A stretch of 32,000 nucleotides of DNA from an uncultured archaeon (GTDB lineage: Archaea; Iainarchaeota; Iainarchaeia; Iainarchaeales; Iainarchaeaceae): assembly GCA_964577555.1 (NCBI GenBank), contig CAZNZM010000004.1, positions 1 to 32,000 on the forward strand, in the 5' to 3' direction. The stretch's first letter is position 1. Each line of letters opens with the position of its first letter. Below the pieces are notes generated by a model. That model had not been told where the DNA came from. It made no database searches and saw only the letters and a program-made list of their open reading frames with translations. Position numbers and translations under genes: made by a program. Positions 8,450-17,615 of the stretch are shown here, piece by piece.

Positions 8450-9172
8450 ATGCAAGCAGTAATATTCGCAGCAGGAAAAGGAATAAGGCTAAAGCCAATA
8501 ACAGACATAATCCCAAAATGCATGGTAAAAGTAAAAGGAAAACCAATGATGGAATGGATACTTGACACAATAATACCATTAGGCATTGAAGAAATATACC
8601 TGATAGTTGGATACAAAAAAGAAATAATTGAAAACCACTTTGGCGCGGAATACAAAGGAACAAAAATAAACTACATAGTCCAAAAAGAACAAATGGGCAC
8701 TGCACACGCCCTAAGCCTTGCAGAAAAATTTGTAAAAAAAACTTTTTTAGTAATAAACTCAGACGTCTTGATAGGCAAAAACGACATGAAAAAAGCAATA
8801 GAAACAGACGAGTTCGACCAAGCAGACGCAATAATACTTGGCAAAAAAGTGACAAACCCGTGGAGATTCGGAGTCCTGAAAACCCAAGGCAACAAAATAA
8901 TAGACATAGTTGAAAAACCAAGAATAGGCGAAGAACCAAGCAACTTAATAAACTCAGGCATCTACAGATTCAACCAAGACATTTTCAAAGCAATAAAAGA
9001 AACAAACAAGTCAATCAGAGGGGAATTCGAACTTGTAGAATCAATAAAAAAATACATTGCAAAAGGAAAAAATGTTGAATACAGAATGATTGAAGGAATG
9101 TTCATACACGTCTCCGACATAGAAGACCTAAAAAAAGCAAATTCAATACCTGACAACGAATTCTTGGCTTAA
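8450..9172 (+). CDS. Sugar-1-phosphate nucleotidylyltransferase (NTP_transferase domain only)
   Basis: The ORF opens with GTG at 8441. The ATG at 8450 gives 'MQAVIFAAGKGIRLKPITDIIPKCMVKVKGKPMMEWILD', the canonical G-x-G-x-R-L signature of RmlA/GlmU-type nucleotidyltransferases. 'QKEQMGTAHAL' follows. Substrate cannot be determined. Confidence 0.85.
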   Translation: MQAVIFAAGKGIRLKPITDIIPKCMVKVKGKPMMEWILDTIIPLGIEEIYLIVGYKKEIIENHFGAEYKGTKINYIVQKEQMGTAHALSLAEKFVKKTFLVINSDVLIGKNDMKKAIETDEFDQADAIILGKKVTNPWRFGVLKTQGNKIIDIVEKPRIGEEPSNLINSGIYRFNQDIFKAIKETNKSIRGEFELVESIKKYIAKGKNVEYRMIEGMFIHVSDIEDLKKANSIPDNEFLA

Positions 9173-9178
9173 AAAAAA

Positions 9179-9862
9179 TCAAAACTTGAAAACCTGACCA
9201 GGCTTAAGAATAACAGGCACAGTCTTCAAAACGCTCTTCTCAATGCGATACTTGAAATCAAGAGGATCAGCCATTATAGTGTCAAAAGAATTATAATGCA
9301 TGGGAATAACATATTTAGGCTTCATCGTTTTGGTGGCTTTTACAGCATCAATCACATCCATTGTAGAATTGCCACCAATAGGAAGTATTGCCACATCACT
9401 CTTTACAGAGGAAAAAGAATCAAGCAAAGAAGTATTGCCCGCAAAATAAACAGACTCCCCATCTTTTGAAAAACAAAAACTAATAGGATAAAACGAATTA
9501 GGATAATGAGCCTCCTTGATCTCAATCTTCAAACCCTTATAAGTGAAAACATCACCAGACATGACCTTATGCTTGAGCCCTGAAGAAATTTTCAACTCGT
9601 TAAGAACAGATTCATGAGCAACCACAACCGAATTATCCCTTTTAGCAATAGTCTCAACCAATTTTTTATCAAAATGATCAAAATGCTCATTGCTAACACA
9701 AATCAAATCAATCCACTTAAGCTTATTCACACCAACAGGACACCTCAAATTAACCTTAAAATTCAAATCGCCTTGCGGAACCTCCATAAAAGGATCCACC
9801 AAAACATCAACACCATTGAATGAAAGGCGAAAAAACGAATGCCACAAATACTGTATCTTCAT
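9179..9862 (-). CDS. Metallo-beta-lactamase-fold hydrolase (UPF0173-like)
   Basis: The ATG at 9862 gives 'MKIQYLWHSFFRLSFNGVDVLVDPF...'. It carries a degenerate HxHxDH motif, 'CVSNEHFDHFD', and has the typical ~225-aa size. Its stop is 6 nt from the convergent + gene stop. Confidence 0.75.
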   Translation of the reverse strand: MKIQYLWHSFFRLSFNGVDVLVDPFMEVPQGDLNFKVNLRCPVGVNKLKWIDLICVSNEHFDHFDKKLVETIAKRDNSVVVAHESVLNELKISSGLKHKVMSGDVFTYKGLKIEIKEAHYPNSFYPISFCFSKDGESVYFAGNTSLLDSFSSVKSDVAILPIGGNSTMDVIDAVKATKTMKPKYVIPMHYNSFDTIMADPLDFKYRIEKSVLKTVPVILKPGQVFKF

Positions 9863-9971
9863 CAAATCTATATAGAAAAACAATTCTTTTGTATTTATAT
9901 CTTTTCATGCTGATCAAATACAGCGAAACCTCAAAAAAATATTTATAATAACATAAACACCAAAGTCCTAT

Positions 9972-10778
9972 ATGAAAAAACCTTCAAAAAAAATAATGAT
10001 AAAAAAAATAATGAATTTTGCAACACTAATTATGATTATAATAACCACAAACACCATTCTTGCCGTAAAATCCGAAAACCTTGAAATAAACATAGAATTG
10101 GAAAAAACAGGGGGCGCAAAAATAACAGAAAATTACAAACTGAGTTTTATAAGCGAAATTGACTCGGATAACTTCAAAAAAAGCGCAATAAAAAACGGTT
10201 CAAGCTTTTTGGCGTGGCAAGCAGAATACGAATTCATAAAAAAACACATAAACGCGGAAAACCTAACAAGCAACACTACAATAGCTTATGAAGAAAACAC
10301 AAATATTTTAACCCTAAGCTATGTTGAAAAAAACCTTGCAGAACTCACAAAACAAGAACAAAGAGCAGATTACTTTAAAATAGATGAAAAAAAACTATCA
10401 GCATTCAACGAAAGAGGCAGCATCACGATACCTGAAAACACAAAAATAACAATAACACTGCCGCCAAACTCTGAAGTCATTACAACAAACTTATCGCCGA
10501 AAGTAAAAGTGTTCGGCAACCAAATAATACTGCAAGGAATTACAAGCAACTCAATGACAATAAACTACATCCTGAACAAACCAATAATCGGTGAAGGAAA
10601 CGACATTATAAAAGGCGTGCCAAACGCTTACATAATAATCGCAATAGCAACAATAATAATAATATTAATACATCTCAACAGGGACGAATTTGAAAAAAAA
10701 ATAGAAGAGTTCATAGTAGAACACTCAGAAATAAAAGCAAAAAGAACGTCTGAAGAAATAGACTTTGATTTGGATTAA
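9972..10778 (+). CDS. Hypothetical surface protein with an N-terminal signal/anchor and a C-terminal TM anchor
   Basis: 268 aa. N-terminus 'KKIMNFATLIMIIITTNTILAVKSE', C-terminal TM 'AYIIIAIATIIIILIHL' followed by an acidic tail, and several N-x-S/T sequons. I recognise no family. Confidence 0.65.
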   Translation: MKKPSKKIMIKKIMNFATLIMIIITTNTILAVKSENLEINIELEKTGGAKITENYKLSFISEIDSDNFKKSAIKNGSSFLAWQAEYEFIKKHINAENLTSNTTIAYEENTNILTLSYVEKNLAELTKQEQRADYFKIDEKKLSAFNERGSITIPENTKITITLPPNSEVITTNLSPKVKVFGNQIILQGITSNSMTINYILNKPIIGEGNDIIKGVPNAYIIIAIATIIIILIHLNRDEFEKKIEEFIVEHSEIKAKRTSEEIDFDLD

Positions 10779-10797
10779 AAAAAAACTATTTTTTTTT
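10777..10797. terminator. Candidate bidirectional oligo-T terminator, A9-CTA-T9, embedded in two convergent gene ends
   Basis: The sequence is 'taaaaaaaaactattttttttt'. The T9 run directly follows the + gene stop (10776-10778) and also encodes the KKK tail of the minus-strand PIN gene. The A9 run is T9 on the minus strand, directly follows the PIN stop (10786-10788) and overlaps the + gene stop. Oligo-T tracts are the known archaeal intrinsic termination signal. Confidence 0.5.
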
Positions 10798-11196
10798 GAC
10801 GGAAAAAGTCCTCGATCTTTTTATTTCACCTTGTGCAACAGAAACAAAACGAGCCTTGAATTTTTTCAAAACATTCTGAACACTATAATCATCAGTCACA
10901 ACAACAAAATCCTCACCTCTGCTTTTGAATTCCGCCGCAAGAGCAACAATTGAAATATCGGACTCGCTAAGCTTGGTCCCAGATCTTTCACATTCTGAAA
11001 TAGTTTTTTGAATTGAAAGCGGACAAGGGTCTTGAACCACAAGCAAACCCGAAGAAACTGCGTTTCCTGCAAGGCTCTTGCTCCTAAAATCCTTCCACTC
11101 GCTAAAAACCTTTGAAGTAGTATAATAACTATTTTCCCTGCTAAAAACAAAAGACTCTGAATTAAGCAAAGCAGAAGCATCAAGAATATAAATCAT
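10786..11196 (-). CDS. PIN-domain ribonuclease (Nob1-like PIN, no zinc ribbon seen)
   Basis: Only the last 136 aa of ORF 10786..11478 look real. The ATG at 11196 gives 'MIYILDASALLNSE...'. 'LSESDISIVALAAEF' and 'FVVVTDDYSVQNVLKKF' resemble the Nob1/PIN acidic-residue motifs. The upstream extension is poly-F/C junk from T-rich sequence. Confidence 0.7.
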   Translation of the reverse strand: MIYILDASALLNSESFVFSRENSYYTTSKVFSEWKDFRSKSLAGNAVSSGLLVVQDPCPLSIQKTISECERSGTKLSESDISIVALAAEFKSRGEDFVVVTDDYSVQNVLKKFKARFVSVAQGEIKRSRTFSVKKK

Positions 11197-11253
11197 AAAC
11201 GATACCAAGCATTGAAGTATTTTAATAGTATTGATACACAAAATAAATTCAAT

Positions 11254-12723
11254 ATGGAAGACAGTGGTCTTAAAGACATAGTAGTACAACTTAGCGAAAT
11301 AGAAAGAAAAACACTGGCAACATTGAACAACAAAGGCAAAAGCGAAAAAGAAATAGCAAAAGAAGCAAACATAAACACTGATTCTGCACGCAGGGCAATA
11401 AATTGGCTGGCTCAAAAAAAATTGGCGCAAATAAACGAAAAAAAAATCAAAAAAACAATAATTACAAAAGAAGGACAAAAAGCCCTAGAAGAAGGATTGC
11501 CAGAAACAAAAATGCTCAAAACCCTAGAAAACTACAAAGAATTGACTTTCAAAGAACTAATGAAAAAAGCAAACCTTACAGAACAAGAATTCAGCGTGGC
11601 TTTAGGAATAAACAAGAAAAAAGCCTTCATAATAATATGCAAAGAAGGCAACGAAACAAAAATCAAAACAACAGAAGTGGCTAAAGAATTTTCAACAAAA
11701 AAAACGGAAGAAGAAAAATGCTTACAAGAAATAGCGACAACAGAAAAAACGAATGACATGGAAACACTAAAACAACTATGTGCAAGAGGACTTGCAGAAG
11801 AAAAAGAAGAAATTGAAAGACAAGCAACAATAACACAAAAAGGCGAAGAAGCACTCAAAATGAAAGAATTTTATGAAGAAAGAAAATACAACATTCAAGA
11901 CCCTGTCCCGGAATTATTCATAGGAAAAAAACAACCATACATACAATTTCTCAACATTATAAGAAGAAAACTCACAGAATTAGGGTTTAAAGAAATGGAC
12001 TCGCCACTCATAGTCCATGAATTCTACAATTTTGACGTCCTGTTCCAGCCACAAAACCACCCGGCAAGAACATGGACAGACACTTACCAACTAAAAAATC
12101 CAAAAATTGGAAAACTAACAAACAGAAAAGCAGTACAAGCAGTAAAAGCGGCGCATGAAAATGGTGGAGTTTCAGATTCAAAAGGATGGAGATACAATTG
12201 GAGCGAAGAAATAGCCTCAAAAATCATGCCAACAGCACACGGAACAGCACACAGCGCAAGACAATTAACAAAAGGAGTTGAAATGCCGGGAAAATACTTT
12301 GCAATAGCAAGATGCTTCAGACCAGACGTACTGGATGCAACACACTTAATAGAATTCAACCAAACAGAAGGATTCATAGTAGGAGAAGAACTAAACTTCA
12401 GGCACTTGCTTGGAATGTTAGAACAATTCGCAACAGAAATAGCAGGAGCAAAACAAGTAAAATTCATTCCGGACTATTACCCTTTCACAGAACCATCCGT
12501 ACAACTCTCAGCAAAACACCCTTCATTAGGTTGGGTAGAACTCGGCGGAGCAGGAATGTTCAGACCTGAAATATTGACAAACCTAGGAATAAAAGGACAA
12601 GCAATAGCATGGGGCATAGGAATAGACAGGCTAGCAATGTTCAAATTAGGAATAAAAGACATAAGATACCTGTTTTCAGACGACCTAAACTGGCTAAGAA
12701 AAACCCCAATGCTGATAGAATAA
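11254..12723 (+). CDS. pheS: Phenylalanine--tRNA ligase alpha subunit, archaeal type
   Basis: The ORF opens with TTG at 11212 and the first ATG is at 11254. N-terminal winged-helix repeats are followed by the class II core: 'FQPQNHPARTWTDTYQL', 'AHGTAHSARQL', 'RCFRPDVLDATHLIEFNQTEG', 'GAGMFRPEIL'. Confidence 0.95.
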   Translation: MEDSGLKDIVVQLSEIERKTLATLNNKGKSEKEIAKEANINTDSARRAINWLAQKKLAQINEKKIKKTIITKEGQKALEEGLPETKMLKTLENYKELTFKELMKKANLTEQEFSVALGINKKKAFIIICKEGNETKIKTTEVAKEFSTKKTEEEKCLQEIATTEKTNDMETLKQLCARGLAEEKEEIERQATITQKGEEALKMKEFYEERKYNIQDPVPELFIGKKQPYIQFLNIIRRKLTELGFKEMDSPLIVHEFYNFDVLFQPQNHPARTWTDTYQLKNPKIGKLTNRKAVQAVKAAHENGGVSDSKGWRYNWSEEIASKIMPTAHGTAHSARQLTKGVEMPGKYFAIARCFRPDVLDATHLIEFNQTEGFIVGEELNFRHLLGMLEQFATEIAGAKQVKFIPDYYPFTEPSVQLSAKHPSLGWVELGGAGMFRPEILTNLGIKGQAIAWGIGIDRLAMFKLGIKDIRYLFSDDLNWLRKTPMLIE

Positions 12724-12736
12724 AAAGGTGAAAGAA

Positions 12737-14380
12737 ATGCCAACAATTGAAATAAGCAAAAAAGACTTTGAAAAACTTTACGGAAAAAAACTCACAACAC
12801 AAGAAATAGAAAATGCTTTAACTTACGTAAAAGGAGAAATTGAAAGTATTGAAGAAGACACAATAAAAATAGACATCAAAGAAACCTTAAGACCTGACTT
12901 GTGGAGCACAGAAGGAATAATCAGAGAAATAAAAGCAAGAACCGGAATGGAAAAAGGAATACCAGAATACAAAACGCAAAAATCACAACTGCAAATACAA
13001 ATAGAAAAAAGCGTAAAAGAAGTAAGGCCATGCACAGTAGCAGCAATAGTAAAAGGAATCAAAATAACAGAAGAACTACTTATACAAATAATACAACTCC
13101 AAGAAAAAATACATATGACATATGGAAGAAAAAGAAAAGAAGCCGCAATAGGAATTTACGATTATGACAAAATAAAAGGAAACATAAAATATTACGGCGC
13201 AAACCCGACAGAAAAAAAATTCATTCCATTAGAATACAAAAACGAAATGAATTTAGAAGAAATACTCGAAACACACCCAAAAGGAAAAGAATATGCTCAC
13301 CTACTCAAGGGACACAAATTATACCCGATTTTTGAAGACGAAAAAGGAAACGTACTTTCAATGCCCCCCATCATAAATTCCAACTACTCTGGAAAGGTGA
13401 CCAAAGAAACAAAAAACCTATTTATAGAAGCAAGCGGGTTCTCAAACGAAACATTAATGCCGGCACTAAACACAATAGCAATGGCATTGGCAGACAGAGG
13501 AGGAAAAATAGAAACAGTAACCATCATAGACCCAGACGGAAAAAAAATAACCACGCCAAACTTTGAAAACAAAAAAATAGAAATAGACATACAAAACATG
13601 AAAAAAATAACAGGCATGCAATTAGAAGAAAAAGAAATAACAGAACTATTGGAAAAAGCAAGATACAAAATCACAAAAAAAACCGACAAAAAAATACAAT
13701 TAGAATATGGAAATTACAGAAACGACATTTTACACGAAGTTGACGTATTCGAAGACATATTAATAGGATACGACTACAACAAAATCAAGCCAGAAATACC
13801 AAAAATGGCAGTAACAGGAAACGAAAAAAAAGAAACAAAAATAATTGACAAAGCAAGAGACGTATGCATAGGAATGGGATTACAAGAAGTACTCACATTC
13901 ATCCTAACCTCAAAAGAAAAACAAGAAAAAATGGTAAAATTAGAAAATGAAGAATTTGTAGAAATAGCAAACCCGGTTTCAGCAAATTGGGCAGTGCTAA
14001 GAAAAAACCTCTACCCGGAACTCCTAGAATTCCTCTCAAAAAACAAATCAAAAGAATACCCGCAAAAAATATTTGAAGTAGGCAAAACAGTTGAACTTGA
14101 CAATACAACAGACACCAAAACAACAGAAAAAAACAAAATATGCATCATGGTATCGGCAAAAGACACAGGATTTACACAAGCAAAATCAATGTTAGAAGCA
14201 ATTGCAAGAGAATTCAACAAAAAAATACAGATAAAAGAAACAAAAAACCCGAGCCTGAAAAAAGGCAAATGCGCAGAAGTCACCGGAGAATTAAAAGGAA
14301 TAATAGGCGAAATTTCAGAACAAGTACTCACAAACTTTAACATAGAAATGCCAACAATCATGATTGAAATAGAAATTTAA
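12737..14380 (+). CDS. pheT: Phenylalanine--tRNA ligase beta subunit, archaeal type
   Basis: The ATG at 12737 is preceded by 'aggtga' ~7 nt upstream. N-terminus 'MPTIEISKKDFEKLYGKKLT ... RPDLWSTEGIIREIK', the B3/4 region, and the typical ~545-aa size. It lies 13 nt downstream of pheS. Confidence 0.95.
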   Translation: MPTIEISKKDFEKLYGKKLTTQEIENALTYVKGEIESIEEDTIKIDIKETLRPDLWSTEGIIREIKARTGMEKGIPEYKTQKSQLQIQIEKSVKEVRPCTVAAIVKGIKITEELLIQIIQLQEKIHMTYGRKRKEAAIGIYDYDKIKGNIKYYGANPTEKKFIPLEYKNEMNLEEILETHPKGKEYAHLLKGHKLYPIFEDEKGNVLSMPPIINSNYSGKVTKETKNLFIEASGFSNETLMPALNTIAMALADRGGKIETVTIIDPDGKKITTPNFENKKIEIDIQNMKKITGMQLEEKEITELLEKARYKITKKTDKKIQLEYGNYRNDILHEVDVFEDILIGYDYNKIKPEIPKMAVTGNEKKETKIIDKARDVCIGMGLQEVLTFILTSKEKQEKMVKLENEEFVEIANPVSANWAVLRKNLYPELLEFLSKNKSKEYPQKIFEVGKTVELDNTTDTKTTEKNKICIMVSAKDTGFTQAKSMLEAIAREFNKKIQIKETKNPSLKKGKCAEVTGELKGIIGEISEQVLTNFNIEMPTIMIEIEI

Positions 14381-14609
14381 AAAAAACAAATTCAAAAAAA
14401 AGCTAGAAAAAAAACCCGACTTTCAAAAAAAATAATGAATTTTAAAAATAAAAAAACAAAAAAAATAAATGGCTAAAAAAATAAGAACACAAAAACCAAA
14501 CAAAAAAAAGACAAAAAAAATCGCTTAAAAAAAACCACTCAAAAAAAACAAGCTAAACCGACAATCAAAAGCAAAAAAAATGAAACCAAACAAAAAAATA
14601 ACACAAAAA
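14381..14609. repeat. A-rich/T-poor intergenic block at a convergent junction
   Basis: ~230 nt with the same composition and words ('aaatggctaaaaaaa', 'gctagaaaaaaaa') as the other blocks. No credible ORF. Confidence 0.7.
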
Positions 14610-16001
14610 TCAAAACAATTTTGTTTGCTTGGAAACATCATCCGAATTCTTCTGCTTTGAAACAGAACTAGATTCGTTCAAACCATCATCTTCAAACCTG
14701 AAAGAATTTGAAAAAAACCTCGGCTTTGACAATTTCGCTTTAAGTTCTTGCGCATCCGCAAAAATAGATTGCACAACTTTTGTTTCAGGGCTTTTCCCCA
14801 ACAAAAAACCAATCTCGTTCTCGTCAAAATCAAAAACAGCGGAAAGAGAAACTGCATTCTCACGCTTGCTGAAAATGTCTTTAAGAAAAGGCAAATCAGA
14901 TTTCATAACTTCTTTAGAAGAAGAGTGAATTTTTGAACCTATTTTCTTACCCAATTCTCTTTTCAAAGAACGCAAAGGAGAAGACTTTGAAAGAGTTGAA
15001 AGCAAAGAAGGAAATTGATAAGCCACAAAATCAAAATTAGGCCCGGATTTTGAAAGACAAACACCTTCAGCTGCAAGCTCAGTACTATAAGCCAAAAAAC
15101 CCCAATGCTGACGCCTATAAATCCTGCCATTAAAAACATCAGAACGGGAAAGCGTATCAAAAGCATTAGCCACATCAACAGGATTTTTATATTGCCGCGG
15201 AATATTTTCATCAACCCAATTGAAAAGCATGTCAGGGCTTAGATCCGAACGCAACCTAGCTTCCCTTGCATCAGAAAACAATTTACCCCTAAAAATAGAC
15301 TTCATGACTTCAAATACTTTCTGCTGTCTCTCGCGCGACGCAACCAATTTCACAGCATCTATAGAAACTTTTCCTGAAAAAGAAACAGACTGCAAATCCA
15401 AAAGAGCGGAACGCATATCACCACCAGAGTTTTTGGCTAGCTCTTCAACAGCCTCATTGTCAAACGGAACTTTTTCAAGAAAAAGAATTTCACGAAGCCT
15501 TTTAGCAATCGAAACATAATTTATTTTTTTGAACTCCAAAACCTTACACACAAAACGCAATTGAGAAACACTTTTTTCCGAAAAAATGTCATTAGCAGTG
15601 AGCATTATAGGATTAAAAGAATTTTTTATCAAAGAAGCCACTGCACCAACCCCGCCCCTGTCAACAGACGACATGGCATCAATCTCATCAATCAATATAA
15701 GGCGCTTTGAACCTGAAAAAGAAGAATTTTGCGAAGCAGCCCCAACCACCCTTTCAATAACATCCTTGGACCTCAAATCAGAACTATTCAACTCCAAAAT
15801 ACTCCAACCAAATTTTTTCGCAACCAAATAAGCAAGACAAGTTTTGCCAGTCCCAGTATAACCCCAAAGAAGAAGAGGCGGCAACCTCTCTCCAGAATTC
15901 CAAAGTCTAGCCCATTCCAGCACAGAATCCAAAACTTCGCTATTACCAATGAATTCGCGCTCAGTTATTGGAAAATATTTATCAGTCCAAAGCATACTCA
16001 T
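14610..16001 (-). CDS. rfcL: Replication factor C large subunit
   Basis: The ATG at 16001 (or 15995) gives 'MSMLWTDKYFPITEREFIGN'. Walker A 'LLLWGYTGTGKTCLAYLVA', 'ELNSSDLRSKD' and Walker B 'LILIDEID' are present. The 13-aa 5' extension in the ORF track looks spurious. Confidence 0.9.
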   Translation of the reverse strand: MSMLWTDKYFPITEREFIGNSEVLDSVLEWARLWNSGERLPPLLLWGYTGTGKTCLAYLVAKKFGWSILELNSSDLRSKDVIERVVGAASQNSSFSGSKRLILIDEIDAMSSVDRGGVGAVASLIKNSFNPIMLTANDIFSEKSVSQLRFVCKVLEFKKINYVSIAKRLREILFLEKVPFDNEAVEELAKNSGGDMRSALLDLQSVSFSGKVSIDAVKLVASRERQQKVFEVMKSIFRGKLFSDAREARLRSDLSPDMLFNWVDENIPRQYKNPVDVANAFDTLSRSDVFNGRIYRRQHWGFLAYSTELAAEGVCLSKSGPNFDFVAYQFPSLLSTLSKSSPLRSLKRELGKKIGSKIHSSSKEVMKSDLPFLKDIFSKRENAVSLSAVFDFDENEIGFLLGKSPETKVVQSIFADAQELKAKLSKPRFFSNSFRFEDDGLNESSSVSKQKNSDDVSKQTKLF

Positions 16002-16045
16002 AACAAACCAACAACAAAACAATAAAAATAAATTTGCCAAAAAAA

Positions 16046-17158
16046 TTATAATACGCCCCTAGGAATCCTGCTTACAAACTCCCTAGTATTGCCTTTATGC
16101 CCCAAAGAAATATTTTTTGACGAAATAAAATTTCGCCTTTCCAAACTTGAAAGTATTTCCCTGAGCCTGCGCTCTTTTAACTTGCCATTGAATTTTTTTG
16201 AATAAATTTCATAAATTTTGCCAGAAGTTATTGGCTGATTGTTTGAAATTATTTTCACAATAACAAATTCATCAGAAGACAAATGCTTCAAACCTTTCAC
16301 CAAAGAAGCTGAATCAACCTGCTCAAAAGCTAATTTCAAATGCGAAAGAGAAACCCTTGGCGAATTTTTTGATTCGGCAATACGGCCAGCCCTAAGCAAC
16401 GACTCTATTGCAATCCTGCAATCCCCTCCAAGTTTTGCAGCATGCGCAGCAGCAACCCCAATAACATCAGGCTCCAAAACACCACTGCAAAAAGCAAGCG
16501 AAGCCCTATTTGAAAGAATTGACTTCAATTGGCTTGGAGAATAAGGCTCAAAATTAACAACATGCCCCGCAAGAGAACTCCTTATACGCGAATCCAAGTG
16601 AGAAATAAGAGAAACATCATTAGAAATCAATATAACGCCTATGAAATTGGCACCATACTCAAAAAGACGAACCAAATCATACAACAATTTTTCCCCTTCA
16701 ACAGAAGCAACAAGCTGATCAACTTCATCAAGAACAACTATAGGAGTATAACTTGATTTAGGGAGAAATTCCAAAAGCTTTGAAAAAATCTCGTCAGTAC
16801 CAAAACCCCTGCGAGGCAAGGCAGCACCTACAAAATTTGCAAGAGCAATTAAAACAGAAGACCGAGAATTATACTCAAAACAATTCAAGTAAATGGATTT
16901 CACACGGCTATTAGTTTCCTCAAGCTGCGAAAGAACATACCTTGCACAAACAGTTTTACCCACGCCTGTCGGCCCAACCAAAAAAACATTAATGGGCTTC
17001 CGATTTTCAAGCAAAGGCCTAAAACAATAAGCAATAGACTCCAATTCGCTTTCACGCCCAGGCAATTTATCAGGAATAAAATCAGGATAAAGGCAACTCT
17101 CGTCAAGAAAAATAGTATTCTCTTTCCCGAACCTTGAAAAAAGATTTTTGCCAGACAT
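16046..17158 (-). CDS. cdc6: Orc1/Cdc6 replication initiator
   Basis: 370 aa. 'LPGRESELESIAYCFRPLL', Walker A 'LVGPTGVGKTVCARYVL', Walker B 'VVLDEVDQL' and a C-terminal winged helix ('ITSGKIYEIY ... LREILSSLERRNFIS'). It lies 44 nt upstream of rfcL on the same strand. Confidence 0.95.
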   Translation of the reverse strand: MSGKNLFSRFGKENTIFLDESCLYPDFIPDKLPGRESELESIAYCFRPLLENRKPINVFLVGPTGVGKTVCARYVLSQLEETNSRVKSIYLNCFEYNSRSSVLIALANFVGAALPRRGFGTDEIFSKLLEFLPKSSYTPIVVLDEVDQLVASVEGEKLLYDLVRLFEYGANFIGVILISNDVSLISHLDSRIRSSLAGHVVNFEPYSPSQLKSILSNRASLAFCSGVLEPDVIGVAAAHAAKLGGDCRIAIESLLRAGRIAESKNSPRVSLSHLKLAFEQVDSASLVKGLKHLSSDEFVIVKIISNNQPITSGKIYEIYSKKFNGKLKERRLREILSSLERRNFISSKNISLGHKGNTREFVSRIPRGVL

Positions 17159-17270
17159 AATTAAAAAATACGATCAGCGAATTAAAAACCATTACACTTG
17201 GGCAAAAAAAGCAGAAAAAAACCACAAAAAAATGAAATCATTAAAAATACTTAACACAAGAAGAATTACT

Positions 17271-17606
17271 ATGTCAAGCGGACATGACAGCCACGGACAT
17301 GGCGAAAGCCACTCGGAAACCAAGACAAAAGACAAAAACAACATGTTTGACGAAACAATTGACAAACTCGCAAAAAGAATTGAAAACTACATAACAGGCG
17401 GAATAAGCAAACTAATAGCAGCAATACTTTTTCTAATCACAATAGGCGCGGCATATGGCTACCTAGCAGCAAGCAGAGGAGAACCAATAGCAGAATATTT
17501 TATAATAGCACCAGCAGTAGCAGGACTTATAGCATATTACAACAGATCTTTTGCAGTAATACTATTTATCATTCTAGTAGCAATACTTTTACTAGTACCG
17601 TTATGA
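17271..17606 (+). CDS. Small membrane protein with a His-rich N-terminus
   Basis: The ATG at 17271 gives 'MSSGHDSHGHGESHSETKTKDK...', followed by three hydrophobic segments. An alternative ATG is at 17232. A TATA-like 'ttaaaaatactt' sits ~20-30 nt upstream of 17271. The gene ends 9 nt before the ArsR-type gene. Confidence 0.55.
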   Translation: MSSGHDSHGHGESHSETKTKDKNNMFDETIDKLAKRIENYITGGISKLIAAILFLITIGAAYGYLAASRGEPIAEYFIIAPAVAGLIAYYNRSFAVILFIILVAILLLVPL

Positions 17607-17615
17607 GGCAATAAA

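Noticed and set aside
17159-17270. Replication origin next to orc1/cdc6
   Set aside because: The spacer is only ~110 nt. I could find no repeated ORB-like elements, and the strand skew does not change. It is kept only as a question under findings.
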